From contig NC_134035.1 of NCBI RefSeq assembly GCF_964204645.1, forward strand, positions 4,464,001 through 4,528,000: DNA of 64,000 bases. Direction: 5' to 3'. Under the pieces are notes generated by a model. It was not told the origin of the DNA. It was given only the letters and a program-made list of their open reading frames with translations, and made no database searches. Positions 1 through 12,982 of this stretch are shown piece after piece. A program made the translations under genes and the position numbers. This DNA comes from Tubulanus polymorphus (taxonomy: Eukaryota; Animalia; Nemertea). Positions within the stretch are counted from its first letter, which is position 1, and every line of letters begins with the position of its first letter.

Positions 1-480
1 GGGACAGTCAGATCATCGATTTCCATGAAGCCCTCGTCCTCTTCCTCTATATCATTATCTTCCGTTTCAGTTTCGGCATTTATCTTTTGTAGGGCTGTAC
101 CTGTCTGTTTGTAGAGGTATTCAATCCCGATTAATTCACCTAAATTTATTTGAAAAATAATAAATTATCATTAAAACATTTACAGATCCTGATTGATGCT
201 TGTAACCTGAAAGAATTTTAACATTTCAAAATGAAATAAAATTAACAATAAATTTAAATCTATTAAGTCTATAAATATTTTACTATGAACTCACCAGTGT
301 ACACTTATGGAGTCCGGAAAGAACAAATATCTTTTTCAAACAAACTTTTGGCGAGTCTGTTCACTGCTTCTTGGACGTGGCCTGAGTATACTCTTAGACT
401 TGAGTGACTGCTACCCGTTGCTGCCGCTCTGTCACGATTCCATCGACTTACTCCATCCAAAAGGAATGCTTGAGGTTTAT
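1..480 (-). mobile_element. Decayed fragment A of Dada-like (DUF6729-type) transposase gene
   Basis: Minus strand reads ...QAFLLDGVSRWNRDRAAA...YSG...VNRL...YTG, then an intron, then GELIGIEYLYKQTG...EEEDEGF. The last part matches the plus-strand element at 15323-15430 (GELIGIEYLYSQTG...EDDEGF). Contains stops. Confidence 0.75.
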
Positions 481-483
481 TTG

Positions 484-545
484 AGGATTTCCCATAGCGA
501 TACCGAATGTCTGTTCGTAAATAAAAAGTCTATCACGGTTTATAA
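484..545 (-). mobile_element. Short Penelope-like reverse transcriptase scrap
   Basis: Minus strand translates to YEQTFGIAMGNP, matching the QxxGxAMGxP motif of Penelope-type RTs. Very short. Confidence 0.5.
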
Positions 546-584
546 TTCCGCGGTCGTCAAAGAACATAAGGGTTTCTGCGGGTC

Positions 585-1360
585 AGCTTCTTATAAATGA
601 TGCCAACGCCAACTGAACCTTTCTTCGAAAACCGTTTTCTATTTTTTAAATGAGCTACATAAGAAGCAGGCAAACTATTGCTTAGCTCACGATCTACATC
701 ATCTAGATGAGTTTCCGTTAAACATACAATATGGTAACCGCAGATAAAATCTAAAGATTCCGGGATGTCAAGCTTGCTTGTCAAACCACACACATTTAGG
801 GTAGATAAATTCATACTAACTGGATCATCAATAATCATATTTTGCCCATCACAAGAGCCTGCAAGTTTCACTATCGGCCGTAACATTAATTCTTTAATTA
901 TTTACAACAAATGAATCTAAACTTTCATTTCCGCTATTTACATCTTAAATATATATGTGAATAATATTTACAAACTCTATAACATAACAACGCTTTCTTG
1001 ACTGGAGCACCGCACGATCAACAAACTCAAAACAGAAGCCCTCCGGGACATCCTAGACGCTGTCCATATCTGAACGATCACGCTGATCACGGATTACTAG
1101 TTTATCGCGGACAGAGAACGCACGCTTTCCACTGGCTTTCGCAGCCCGCAATTCAGGAAGTTTCTCACGCCTATGGGATGCCCATTCCTCCCGGACATGT
1201 TCGCTAAGCCCTGTCGATGATCCGGCAGCAAGGTTTTTCGTGGCGGAATGCACAAATTTTTCCGTCTTCGTGGTGTTCAAATTTTGCAACGATACACAAG
1301 GTTTTTTCAGCCGAGTCTTATTCCTGCCCATTCGATGCGATCTCGCAAATTCTGTACAGC
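585..1360 (-). mobile_element. 5' part of a non-LTR retrotransposon: ORF1 C-terminus plus start of the ORF2 APE endonuclease
   Basis: ORF 557..886 has LNVCGL...IVCLTETHL...GVGIIYK (APE N-terminus). 1100-1350 gives ARSHRMG, IVAKF (frameshifted) and RREKLPELRAAKASGKRAFSVRDKLVI, typical of LINE ORF1 ends. Confidence 0.8.
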
Positions 1361-1369
1361 TACAAATAT

Positions 1370-3245
1370 ATAACCTGTGTTTTGCTTTCGTGCCTTGTGA
1401 TTGTTGCAACATTTTGTAGCTGTGTGGAAAACTGGAATACAGCTGATTAACCATGTGCTGCAATAGGCCACTATAAACAGTAGTCAGCTGTTGATGCAGC
1501 CACACTACGATCAACGTTCCATCGAACCATGCCTTCCAGCAAGTGCGTTCGGAAATGAACACATTCGCGCTCGTTCCTTAATAAGATGGTAAAATCTAAT
1601 AATGAGGAATTTGTATGAAGCCTTAAAAAAGAATAAGCATTGAATGCTAATCATCACGCATAAAACGATTCATGTGTAAACGAAACGATTTCAGAGAAGT
1701 TGATCCTAGCGCGCATCGATAAACCGGAAGATCAATGCCGCCTTTCTTCGTTGATCCTGTTTGTGTGTTTAACGCGAATTCCGGCTGATCCAAGATACAA
1801 CTTATGTGCTGTTGCTGGACCTCCCAAATTGTCCAAATCTTCTTGCTGTCAAGATGTGGTAAGCCAAGAGTATCGACTCCTTGCTCCCCTTCGAATGCTG
1901 TCAGGAGTTCTTTGATCAGATGATATATCTACACCAATGATCGCGTTCTACGTCGACGATGGCGGGCTAACTCCTTTTCGATGGCATAACATCTACATTT
2001 AAACCGAGTTCAGCTGCTTTGGCTCGACGCAGTAACGAAATATCATCTTCGCTCCATTCGAAGATGCAGGCTGATAACCGTTTCATAAAAGTACTGTACA
2101 ACTGTTGTGAATCAGTTATACACCCGACCGCGAATCTCCGCATGAAATGCCAGATATCGAGGTGAATTTTCAAATCTGGCCAATCGTCGAACATTTGAGC
2201 CAACGAATCGCTGTAGCAATCGCGATCAACATACAAAAGTTCAGGAGGGTTGACTCCAGCATCGCGATGATGAGCGATAATTCCAGATGCCATTTTATGT
2301 AAACCATTACCCTCGCTACCTGTGAGCACGCTAATTAGAACTTGTCGTACTCATTGCCAATGTTGGTGGCCCTGGAAGCAGTTCCTGCTGCACTACCAGC
2401 TAATTTCTTTGTAATCTAGTAAAAGTGATGAATTATTGAAAAACGTTGAACTTAATATAAACATACCATTATTTTCTTTACCACTTGCCTTCTTGGTAGA
2501 GTCCATTCTCAAGACATTCCCATATGTCAACGTAATAGCTGCCTTGACCTCCGACAATCTCTTCAAAATATCTAAGGTGTAAGCAGTTAACAACCAGTCC
2601 GGTTGTGGCAAGCTTGGCATCGCTGGCAGTTCTCGAAATACAAATGGTTCAACCAAAGTCTTGGATTGAGCCTCGGGAAATTTTGCGCAGTCCGCGTGAG
2701 CCTAATGAGCCGTTCGCTGCAACCAAGCTTCATCGTGTTGCTCGTTTAACCTTTTCTGTAATTGGGTTGAGCTATTTCCCAAGCCACTCGGCCGGAGAAG
2801 ACGAATGACGCGAACACCACACGTGTAGCGATATGTCAATATGGGTGTGAAAAGCACTCGGTCGGTGTTTTACATCGAGTTGATCGAGCAACTGGCTACT
2901 CCATCCGATTGACTTCTTTTTACATTTCGGGCATTTGAAGTATTCCTTAGCAAAATTATAATAGCCGTCGATATCAAAGACCTGATGCACGTGTGGATAC
3001 AGACCGGCTGACGTTAGTTCGACCTGATTACATGTTACATGTGAGCACAGAATAATTTGAGAGGCCAGTTTTCTGGGCATCGACAAGAGAAGTTTCGTCG
3101 CAAAATAAGGATTTCACCATGATATTGTCTCCGACCCTTCTTGCAACTTGGTGTTGCGTATTCATCGCTGAGCATCAACTCCAAGCACTTGACATACCGG
3201 TTGCAATCTGGCCACTGAGCTGGTTCTCCATGTCTGTTGATCTCG
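1370..3245 (-). mobile_element. Decayed Dada-like transposase copy B, plus a downstream-exon scrap at 3120-3245
   Basis: ORFs 2772..3086, 2393..2656 and 1967..2329 carry YFKCPKC, LRMDSTKK, LYVDRDC and LDIWHFMRR, homologous to 13868-15235. 3170-3235 reads GEPAQWPDCNRYV, out of order relative to the intact gene. Confidence 0.85.
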
Positions 3246-3249
3246 GTTT

Positions 3250-6200
3250 CGAATCAACAGACGTATATTCCTCCCGGCATTTTACGCATTCTTCTGATTC
3301 TTCCAGTATATTGTTATTATCCGCGGTGGCGCGTACATGCGAGTGCAACGCTTGGGCGTCAATGCAGCGGCGGCGTACATTGAGTTTAACGCTTGGACGT
3401 CAATGCGGCGCAATCCGCGCAAATTTAACCGTGACGCCACATCGATTAACTCGGCCAATCCGTTCAAAAAGTTATTGCGCAAATCATCGCAAATGTTGAG
3501 ATGTTCACGGCTCAATATATCAAGGTCCCTTGTGTGAGATACGGACGCCGTGCTGTCCCTGATAACCGCGTCAACAACATTTGTATTACTGCCCCTGGAA
3601 GTTTCCGCATTATTATTATTGGGTTCATCATCGGTGTTCGCATATGTCCTATCTCCCCTCCCCTCAATGAACAAAATACGCCGATCCAAAACAAACAACT
3701 CTTCTAAAACAATTAAACTACCATTTAACCAGAAAAACTCATATAAAAACAAGATGCAGCTCTTTATTGCAGCATAATATTGGCTTAAGGGGACTACCCA
3801 AGCCCTGTGCAGTGTATCAAATTCCGCGGTGATCTGAGAATATAAGGGTATCTGCGGCAGGCCAACCTACGCCAACGCTGTCTAGGTTCGCCGTCTAGAA
3901 AGGCCCACGCAATCAATTGTCTGCACATCGGACACACCGGGTATCTCTCATGCGTGAAAATGTTCATCACGCGTAGGGAACATAGCCGCTGATTGCAACA
4001 TGGTGTCCGGTCAACAGACGTATATTCCTCCCGGCATATTACGCATTTTTCTGATTCTTCCAGTATATTGTTATCATCTACTCCCGCGGCAGCGCTGTAC
4101 ATCGAGTGTAACGCTCCGACGTCAATGTTACGGACGCCGTGCTGTCGTCGATAGCCGCGTCAACAACAATCGTATTACTGCCCCTGGAAGTTTCCGCATT
4201 ATTATCATTGGGTCCATCATCGGTGTTCGTATATGTCCAATCTCCCCTCCCCACAATGGACAAAATACTCCGATCCAAAACAAGCAACTCTTCTAAAACA
4301 ATTAAACTACCATTTAACCAGAAAAACTCATATAAAAACAAGATGCAGCTCTTTATTGCAGCATTTTATTGGCTTAAGGGGACTACCCAAGCCCTGCGCA
4401 GTATAAAAAATTTGGCGGTGATCCAGGAATATAAGGGTTACTGCGGCAGGCCAACCTGCGCCGACGCTGTCTAGGTTCGCCATCTAGAGAGGCCCACGCA
4501 ATCGATTGTCTGCACATAATCGAACAGGCCGGGCGTGCTCTTGCGTGAAAATTTTCATCACACATATGGAACATAGCCGCTGATTGCAACACGGTGTCCG
4601 ATCTACAGACATATATCCCTCCCAGCATATTACGTATTCTTCTAATTCTTCCAGTATATTGTTATTCTCCACGGCGGCAGCGGCGTACATCGAGTGTAAC
4701 GCTTGGACGCCAATGCGGCGGAATTCGCGTGAATTTAACTATGACGCTACATCGATTAACTCGGCCAATCCGTTCAAAAAGTTATCGCGCAAATCATCAG
4801 TGTTGTGATGTTCACGGCTTGATATCTCAAGTTCCCTTGTATGAGGTATGGTATCTAGCCGCTTCAACAACAATCGTATTCCTGCCCCTGGAAGTTTCCG
4901 CATTACTATTATTGGTGTTCATATATGTCCAATCTCCCCTCCCCACGATGGACAAAATACTCCGATCCAAAACAAACAACTCTTCCAAAACAATTAAACT
5001 ACCACTTAACCAGAAAAACTCATATTAAGGACAAGATGCAGCTCTTTATTGCAGCAAAATATAGGCTTAAGAGGACTGCCCAAGCTTCGTACACTATGTC
5101 CATACTTATTTATCGATAACAAAACTTTTGTCACATTTTTCCAATACACCTCGTTTTCATATTCACTTTCCAAACGGTCTTTATCTATCTACTGTAACTA
5201 TACATAATTTTCTCATCCGCAAACCTTTGTATCTCCCCAAATATATTCCTAATACATACAGATACTCCACTCCTTAATGGTGCTTGTATTCTTTGAATAT
5301 TATTATTATTATTATTAGGTTCATCATCGGTAGTCGTATATGTCCAATCTCCCCTCCCCACAATGGACAAAATACTCTGATCCAAAACAAACAACTCTTC
5401 CAAAACTATTAAACTACCACTTAACCAGAAAAACTCATATTAAGGACAAGATGCAGCTCTTTATTGCAGCATAATATAGGCTTAAGAGGATCGCCCAAGC
5501 CCCATACACTATCTCCATACTTATTTATCGATAACAAAACTTGGGTCACATTTTTCCAATACACCTCGTTGTCATATTTACTTTCCAAACGGTCAATATC
5601 TATCTACTGTAACCATACATAATTTTCTCATCCGCAAACCTTTGTATCTCCCCAAATATATTCCTAATACATACAGATACTCCAACCCTTAATGGTGCTT
5701 GTATTCTTTGAATCCCCAATTGAAATCTCTGCAATAAAAACCTTATGGTTGTTTAAGGAAAAAGAATAAGATTTCAATTTTGTGGTTCAAAAACCAAACA
5801 ACATTAACATCCATTCTTGAACCAAAACAGTTTCCTCGTACTTTGTACTAACAAAAAAATTGCCATAAAAAACAACAAAAATTTGATGTGCCCTTCTCGC
5901 GCTGCAGACCTAGAATGACTTAACACATCCATGTTTGGTGCAGCCACGCTTCCTAAATTTACATACATACACCCAAACCCTGTGATAGGTCACATACCAA
6001 CCACATCACTTCCTGACTGAAAAACTCACTTGCCACCGTTCCGATAGGTGGTGTGTGGATATAGGACAACACGTTCATTCTCCACTCCGTGCCGAATAAA
6101 AGTAATAGTCCTTAGGCATATTACGCATTCTTTTGATTCTTCCAGTATATTGTTATCATCCGCGGCGGCAGCGGCGTACATTGAGTTTAACGCTTAGACG

Positions 6201-6560
6201 CATCAATGCAGCCGAATCCGCGCGAATTTAGCCGTGACGCTACATCGATTAACTCGGCCAATCCGTTTAAAAAATTATCGCGCAAATCATCAGTGTTGTG
6301 ATGTTCACGGCTCAATATTTCAAGTTCCCTTGTATGTGATACGGACGCCGTGCTGTCATCGATAGCCGCGTCAACAACAATAGTATTATTGCCCCTGGAA
6401 GTCTCCGCATTATAATTATTGGGTTCATCATCGGTGTATGATGTCCAATCTCCCTTCCCCACAATGAATGAAATACTTCGATCCAAAACAAACAACTCTT
6501 CCAAAACAATTAAACTACCACTTTACCAGAAAAACTCATATAAAATCTTTTTTTTACATC
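3250..6560 (-). repeat. Imperfect tandem array (about 5 units, 0.4-1.1 kb) of RING-finger cassette fragments
   Basis: The block TCCAAAACAAACAACTCTTC...CCAGAAAAACTCATAT recurs near 3690, 4280, 4970, 5390 and 6485. Repeated peptides include TDDEPNNNNAETSRG, DDLRDNFLNGLAELIDVAS and NNILEESEECVICREE. Confidence 0.9.
3794..4102 (-). pseudogene. RING-finger (C3HC4-like) fragment; a second, frameshifted copy lies at 4383-4690
   Basis: CVIC-x11-CCNQRLCSL(R)-x12-CPMCR. One ligand Cys is mutated here but is intact (CSIC) in the 4484..4690 copy. Confidence 0.75.
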
Positions 6561-6599
6561 AATTAACTCGGCCAATCTGTTCAAAAAGTTATCACGCAA

Positions 6600-9165
6600 A
6601 TCATCATATAAAATTGGCTCTATATTTCTTGTTTTGTTACCATACTTTATGAATTAAACCAAAAAGTCTCCCCTCTGCTTTTCATAGGGGCTTGGGACAT
6701 AGTCCAGGCAGCATTAAAAACTTGTTTTGGTTTTCTTTCTAATTTTTTAAACATTTTTTTATAATAGATATGGAATATGTAATTAAAACTTCTTCCCTCA
6801 GACTGCACGACATTTCCGACAGATGCGACATTTCCTTTCACAATACTTTTTAACCTATTCACCGCTTTCAGCTTCCTGAAGTTGGCGTTTGCGATAACAC
6901 CGAGTTGTTGACGGAACTGACTGAATGTTCTGATGTACTGATTGAATGTTCTGATTTACAGAAGTCGCTGTAATTGGTCCAGTCGGAATAACAGTTACCT
7001 GTATTGGCGGCAGCGGTTGTTTCGGCAGGATATTTATTCCAGAGTCTCTTGTTTTGGCTTTCCCAGCATTATTTTCCTAGCTGATGAACTGAAAATGCTG
7101 AGCGGCAAGAGGAGGTTTCAGAATCAGCTGTTTTACTACTGGATCTCGAATTATATCTGTTGTCAGTGGTGGTAACGGCAGTGTGATTCCTTGTTCTAGC
7201 ACCACGGTTTCTTTTCTCTTGAAACGTTTGTTGTACCTTACAAGAATAAGAACAAATCATACGAATTAATTTCTTTTTCATCTGTTGGAATTAAAAAATC
7301 GTAATTTGAGAATTTGTTTTGTATATATATCATAAAACACTTATGATACTGGGTAGTTTGAGAAAAATCAATTGCGGAGATATCTACTAGATAGGATGTG
7401 CAATCTAAAACTCACCATTGACTGTGTTATTTATCTCAACAAGTTGGATGTTGCAACCATTCAAAACAAGCCCGTTGTTCATCACCCTATCTTGATCGAG
7501 CTGTAAGATTTCGTAACCTAAGTAAAACGCAGGGTCGTGCCTGATTTTGTGCGAGTCATTGCTGGATGCAGGTTGCAAAGACCAATGCCTCGACATAGCG
7601 ATTACAGTCGGGCCACTGAGCAGGACTTCCATTCTTGCCGATAAAACACCTAAATCAAGTTTTCAAAAATAATGGTTACCGTATATTGAATATATTTCAA
7701 AGAAAATGCCTCATTTGTGGCTTAAATCGAAATATGATTAATATTAAATAAATACCTTCTAGTACTTTCAACAACAAGCAAAACGTTTGTTTTCGAAACT
7801 TTAAATCTGCCCTGTGTCAACTTTGCCTTGTGTCTCGGAGAGAAGTTAGTGTTTTTCTTGTCGTATGGATCCAGGTTATTCCATAGTGATACAATTTTCC
7901 TTGCTTGCACGTTTGTGATTATTTGGTTTTGGGCACTGAACTGTGACGGATTCTAGAACTTAGAATTACAGAAATATCATTAGAAAATACAAAAATTATG
8001 AAAACATATACATGTACATAAATTTCAACCATCGGATAATCAGTTTAATTGGAGAGACAAAAAGAGATGCAAAACGCCACTTACACTCATCTGATGGCAA
8101 ATCAACATAATTGTCCTCTTCACCAGGAATTGGCACCCGTGTTGCTGTTTGAACTGGGCAGTATTTTAAGATCATCGCATTCATCAATAAAGCCTCCATC
8201 ATCAGCAGCAGTGTCACGAATACATGCAACATCACCATCTGTTTTATCGGGATCGGGCAGATTTTGAAGAGGTTCTCCAGTCTGTTTGTACAGATACTCG
8301 ACACCTAATCAATTCACCTATGTTTTGTAATTAGACACTACATAAAAATGGTCAAAATATTAGATATGTTACACTGTGAAATATAGAATATATATAACCT
8401 GTGTGCTGCTTAGGTTCTATGTAATTGATGCAGCATTTTGAAGCTGACGAAAACAGCAGATTGACTGTGTGCTGCAAGAGGCCACTGACAACAGTTTGGC
8501 CAACAGTTCAGCTATTGATGCAGCCACAGTACGGTTGACGTTCCATCGCACCAAGCCTTCCAGAAAGTATGCTGGAAAGGGAACATCATTTGTGCTTGTT
8601 CCTTAAAAAGATGGCCACATCTAATAATGAGAATTTGGTATGATGCCTTGAAAAAGAATACGCATTGAATGATAATCACCGCGTATAAAACGGTTCACGT
8701 GTCAATGAAAGAGACTCCAGAGATGTTGATCCACGTGCGCATCAATAAACCGGAAGATCAATGCCGCCTTTCTTAGATCCTGTTTGTGTGTATAACGAAC
8801 ACTCCGGCAGATCCAAGATGCTGCTAATGTGACTTCCCAAATTGTCCAGATCTTCTCACTGTCAAGAAGTGGCACGCCAAAAGTATCGACTCCTTGGGCC
8901 CCGTCAAATGCAGTTAGGAGTTCCTTGATTAGACGATAAATCTCCTCTGATGATCACGTTCTTCGTCGTCAATGACGGGCCGTCTCCTTTTTTGATGGCG
9001 CAACATCGATAGTACAGCTACTTCAGCTCGACGTAGTAATGAAACATCATCTTTGCTTCATTTGATGATGCAGCCCGACAAACGTTTTACAAACGTGCCG
9101 TACAACCGATGGGAATCAGCTGTACAACAGACAGCGAATCTCTGCATGAAATGCCAGATATCATG
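6600..9165 (-). mobile_element. Decayed Dada-like copy D (3' two-thirds, with introns)
   Basis: DIWHFMQRF near 9150; CARGSTSLES (putative catalytic E) near 8715; QARKIVSLWNNLDPYDKK at 7722..7910, near-identical to 15866..16114; ICRKCRAV near 6815; 3' UTR 6660-6730 matches 19110-19190. Confidence 0.85.
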
Positions 9166-9172
9166 ACTGATT

Positions 9173-9517
9173 TTAACGAGGAATTGTCAGTAACAATTCC
9201 CGATCGTAACGCTCGGTTTTCTCAATTGTCCGTATAAATCGGGCCGAATGCCCTTTTACCGCATTTAAGTCCTTTGGGTGGTTTATTTCTACGTGATCTT
9301 TAAGTATGCTAACTCTGTGGGACTTAAATATACACAGCGTGCACTGAAAGTTCAATTGACGATTTATTCCGACAGTTTCGCAAATATCTCCGTTTATTAG
9401 TTCCCTCCCACAACTTTCTCGAACAATATGAACATTTCCACACTTTCTCACATTTTGGGAATGGTTCATATATGCCAAGGGGTCCAAAGGGTGAGGACTA
9501 AATTTAATTTTCATCAA
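9173..9517 (-). other. Short ORF with a C2H2-like finger, probably another TE fragment
   Basis: CTLCIFKSHRVSILKDHVEINH pattern; the ORF abuts the truncation point of Dada copy D. Confidence 0.3.
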
Positions 9518-10029
9518 ATCAAATTATGATTTCTAACTCTTTCATCGCTATACACTACATGTAGCATATCCATTTTCTTTCAAATAGCACTGTTTATAGT
9601 TGACATAAAACCACAACTTTGTATCAGTCATCACTTCAGTAACACGCGACACTTAAGAAAATTCAAGGTAGCTGTTTCCCTTTTTGCATGTGGGCTGAAG
9701 GCCCCCCTCTCCCCCAAATACCGCAATTCATATAATGTCCCCCAAGGGCTCTAAAGCTTTAAAGAATCAACCCTTCTTGTGAAACTCGATTAGGATGGTA
9801 CGATGGATCCTCCCATCGCGTATTCCTTGAAACAGCATACTAACAAGGATGCATGAATTGTTGAGTAAAAATAGATATTTGTGGACATATATCCCAAATA
9901 TTGAATTCTTTATTCGTTTAAATTTCTGATGTATAATCTATAATCGATCTCGGGCTAAGTTTTAAGAGTCCACGGTACAAGCCACGCCGCATTTGCATAT
10001 TCGTAGCAGACACCATAACCAATAGCGAG

Positions 10030-10980
10030 ATGGCCTTCGTCAATGTCACCTTCGCTCAACCAATCGGTCACTCTTACCACACCTATTTCGCTCTGAAATC
10101 GATTGTAAAACTATCGGGTTCGAACAGAACAGTGGCGCTGATCATATTCCCGATCGTATTCGGTCTGGGTACGTTCGGCAACACGGCCAGTTTCCTGGTG
10201 ATGAGTAGCCGAAGATTCAGACGATTTTCGTACGCGAATTACTTGATGGTTTTGTCAGTTGCCGATTTATTGCTGTATATCAATATGGCCGGTATGCCGT
10301 TGTGGGAGTACGCGTTGAGAAGAGTTGATTTTTCCAGTGTCGGGCAGTGTATGGCTTACGAATTCGTTTTCCAATTCGCGTATTGCTGGAGCACGACTTT
10401 GATCGCGATTATAACAGTGGAAAGAGTCCTCGTTGTCGTTTTTCCGTTCACATCGCGGGTTATATGCACGGTTAAATGTTCTCGCCGCGTCATGTTAGCA
10501 ATGATTGTTCCCAATTGCCTTGTCGCCAGTCACACGTTTTTTGGAATGCGTTTTTCCGAGCAGTTGAAATGCTACTATTACAGTTTCAACTTCCAGAAAC
10601 AGCTTTACACTTACCTAGTCGCCTTTTACTACGCCGTTCCGTGCGTCCTTCTGATCGTTTGTAATTTAGTAATCATTATTTTCATGCGGCGCGGTTTGAA
10701 AGTCGGGGAAACCGGACGAAAGACGGCTAAAGCCCGCCGTACAACGATAATGCTGATAACCGTATCTCTGGCTTTCGTGGTTACCACATTGCCCAACACG
10801 ATCACGTCCTTTCTACCGATTCCCGAACACACTGTAGAATATCTCTATACGATGTTCACGGTGATAACGTCGCTGAATTATTCGTTTAATTTCTATATTC
10901 ATCTGTTACTGGGGTCTGAAGTCCGCGCGTTCGTACTGGAGAAGATTACCTGCAGAACGGAGGCGAAAATTGCTCGGTAA
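10030..10980 (+). CDS. Intronless rhodopsin-like (class A) GPCR, paralog 1; orphan peptide-receptor-like or chemoreceptor-like
   Basis: 316 aa with 7 hydrophobic segments; GTFGN (TM1), LSVAD (TM2), ERV in place of DRY (TM3), Cys in TM3/ECL2, LP (TM6), NYSFNFYIH (TM7). Confidence 0.93.
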   Translation: MAFVNVTFAQPIGHSYHTYFALKSIVKLSGSNRTVALIIFPIVFGLGTFGNTASFLVMSSRRFRRFSYANYLMVLSVADLLLYINMAGMPLWEYALRRVDFSSVGQCMAYEFVFQFAYCWSTTLIAIITVERVLVVVFPFTSRVICTVKCSRRVMLAMIVPNCLVASHTFFGMRFSEQLKCYYYSFNFQKQLYTYLVAFYYAVPCVLLIVCNLVIIIFMRRGLKVGETGRKTAKARRTTIMLITVSLAFVVTTLPNTITSFLPIPEHTVEYLYTMFTVITSLNYSFNFYIHLLLGSEVRAFVLEKITCRTEAKIAR

Positions 10981-11984
10981 AATTAGATACAAAATTACCG
11001 GGCAATTTTATCCAATCATTATCAACTAACACTTTTATAATTTAGGGAGATTTGACTTCATGTTACATTGATTTTACGTCCTAGAAGTCATATAGAAATT
11101 GTCCGTAACATAGACGATTATTAAACCAATTTGGCAAATCATTTGTGCTTACTTTTGCATCGCCCTTGCTAGCACTATCAAATTTCAGTTACACATTTTT
11201 GATACTCAGAGAAGCTATTAACATAACAGAAATTTCCTCATAGGCCTATAGAAAATGAAAACAGCCTTACGATAAAGAAAGAAAATATGAAATAGAATTT
11301 AATAAGAAAATGGAATGATAACTTTAATTAACGTATGATATATATTTCGTGTGTATGTTTATGGAATATAGTGTAAAATGCAGGAATACTGATTAATGCA
11401 AAGATTATTTACGCGGCCACCTGAGCGCCTAGGCTGAAGCTGCGTTTATGGTCTAAGTCCTCCGAAATCCCAACAACTTACCAAGGCGTTTGTTTTGGCT
11501 TTTGTCTACGCTCTACAGGCGAGGGTACATTTTATTGCAATTGATTACAAAATCGAATGATATTAAAATTAATTAATATCTAACCGCATAGAATGGATTT
11601 ACTTGTTCCACTACCTAGCCCCGACCCCCTCCCGATGACCATCCGCCACAGGCGACCTCCACTCAAAGACCAGGCTTGAATCATGCCTCGTTACCATCTG
11701 TTTTGGGAGCAAATAGTACTCATGGAAGGTAGTATCCACCGTTCTTAATCTTAGAATAAACGGAACAAGGAAAAAAATCAAGCTAGGATAAATGGAACTT
11801 AAGTTTTTTTGCCCTTTTGAACCTTTTTGTCGAGCCGAAAGTGGTTTTGCATTAGCTTCATCTTTTCATTTTAGTGAATTTGTGATCTTGCTAACGATCC
11901 AACATTGTCCTGTTCCGATTCGAACAGCAAATCACCTGCATCGGGATTTGACGAGTTAACTTCGGGGGGTTGTCTTCCAGTTGG

Positions 11985-12089
11985 TAGGGCTAGTCATCCG
12001 GTGTTTTTATTTCGCGGAAACGCGGAATCTCGGAATTTTACAATAACGCGGAATTTATTTGATTTCACTATGAATAATAACCGGGCTTA
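11985..12089. mobile_element. Possible small MITE
   Basis: Imperfect inverted ends TAGGGCTAGTCAT / ATAACCGGGCTTA with internal CGCGGAA repeats. Confidence 0.3.
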
Positions 12090-12159
12090 GTATCAGACAA
12101 GGCACCGGTGCTGATGCCCTTGGTGCCAGCGAATCTTCTCTTGAGAATTGGAATGAACC

Positions 12160-12375
12160 TTCCAAATGTTGACCAATCACAGCCATCGACTGTTCCAATT
12201 TCATTCCAAATGTTCCAAATGTTAACCAATCAGCGGCGAGCTTATGAACGGCGTCGGCTCGTTCTATATCCGGTTCACAACTATACAGTATTCAGCGCGA
12301 TCATTTGAATCGACGAATTTCTCTTCAAAAAATATATCGTTTCCTGTCGTAGATCTAGAGTTTGCTGATCCAAGT
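12160..12375 (+). promoter_or_regulatory. Putative Pol II promoter and non-coding first exon of the transposase gene
   Basis: Two AAATGTTRACCAATCA CCAAT boxes (~12163, ~12217), splice donor GTAAGT near 12373, and acceptor CCCTCTAG at 13140 six nt before ATG 13147. Confidence 0.55.
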
Positions 12376-12982
12376 AAGTGTTTTTATAATATTTAACATA
12401 TTTTTCATCGACGAGTGAAGGTTTCATCGTATTTGGTTGTCGAAATGTCCTGAAAATCGCATCTTAAAATCTGAAATTCGAGTCCGTCGAACCCGGAAGT
12501 AATTTCAATAAAGTTTTATTGTTTTATTTATTTCTGCATGTTTAGAACTATTTAAAGTTCGTTGGTTTCGTGTTAATGTTATCGGTCATCGATGCGCGGA
12601 TGATCTTTTATTCCGTGGGCCTTTTAAGACTACAATAGCCGCCTAGTTTGAAATCAATTCAATGACAATAACAATTCCGAACAATGAACAGCGCGTCGGT
12701 CCGGGCCCACGTGGTGAAGTGAAGCCCCTTTGTCACAAACATTGACAAAACATCTATTGAACGATTCCTTTGTTATGTGAATGTGCATTTTATTGCAACT
12801 TTTGAAGCTTATTCAAAATCTGGCTTCATTTATCAGATATTTTTAAGGGCCTATTTTTAATATATGATAGTAGCCTACTGGATGACAAAGGCTAAAGCCT
12901 TCATATTTAAGCCAGAATTATCTTAGGCTACTTTCTCTATAGGCCTGCATCTAGTCTATCTGAACTTATGTTATGTGATACT

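Noticed and set aside
1053-1562. 169-aa minus-strand ORF
   Set aside because: A chimeric read-through across a Dada fragment and a LINE ORF1 fragment, not a gene.
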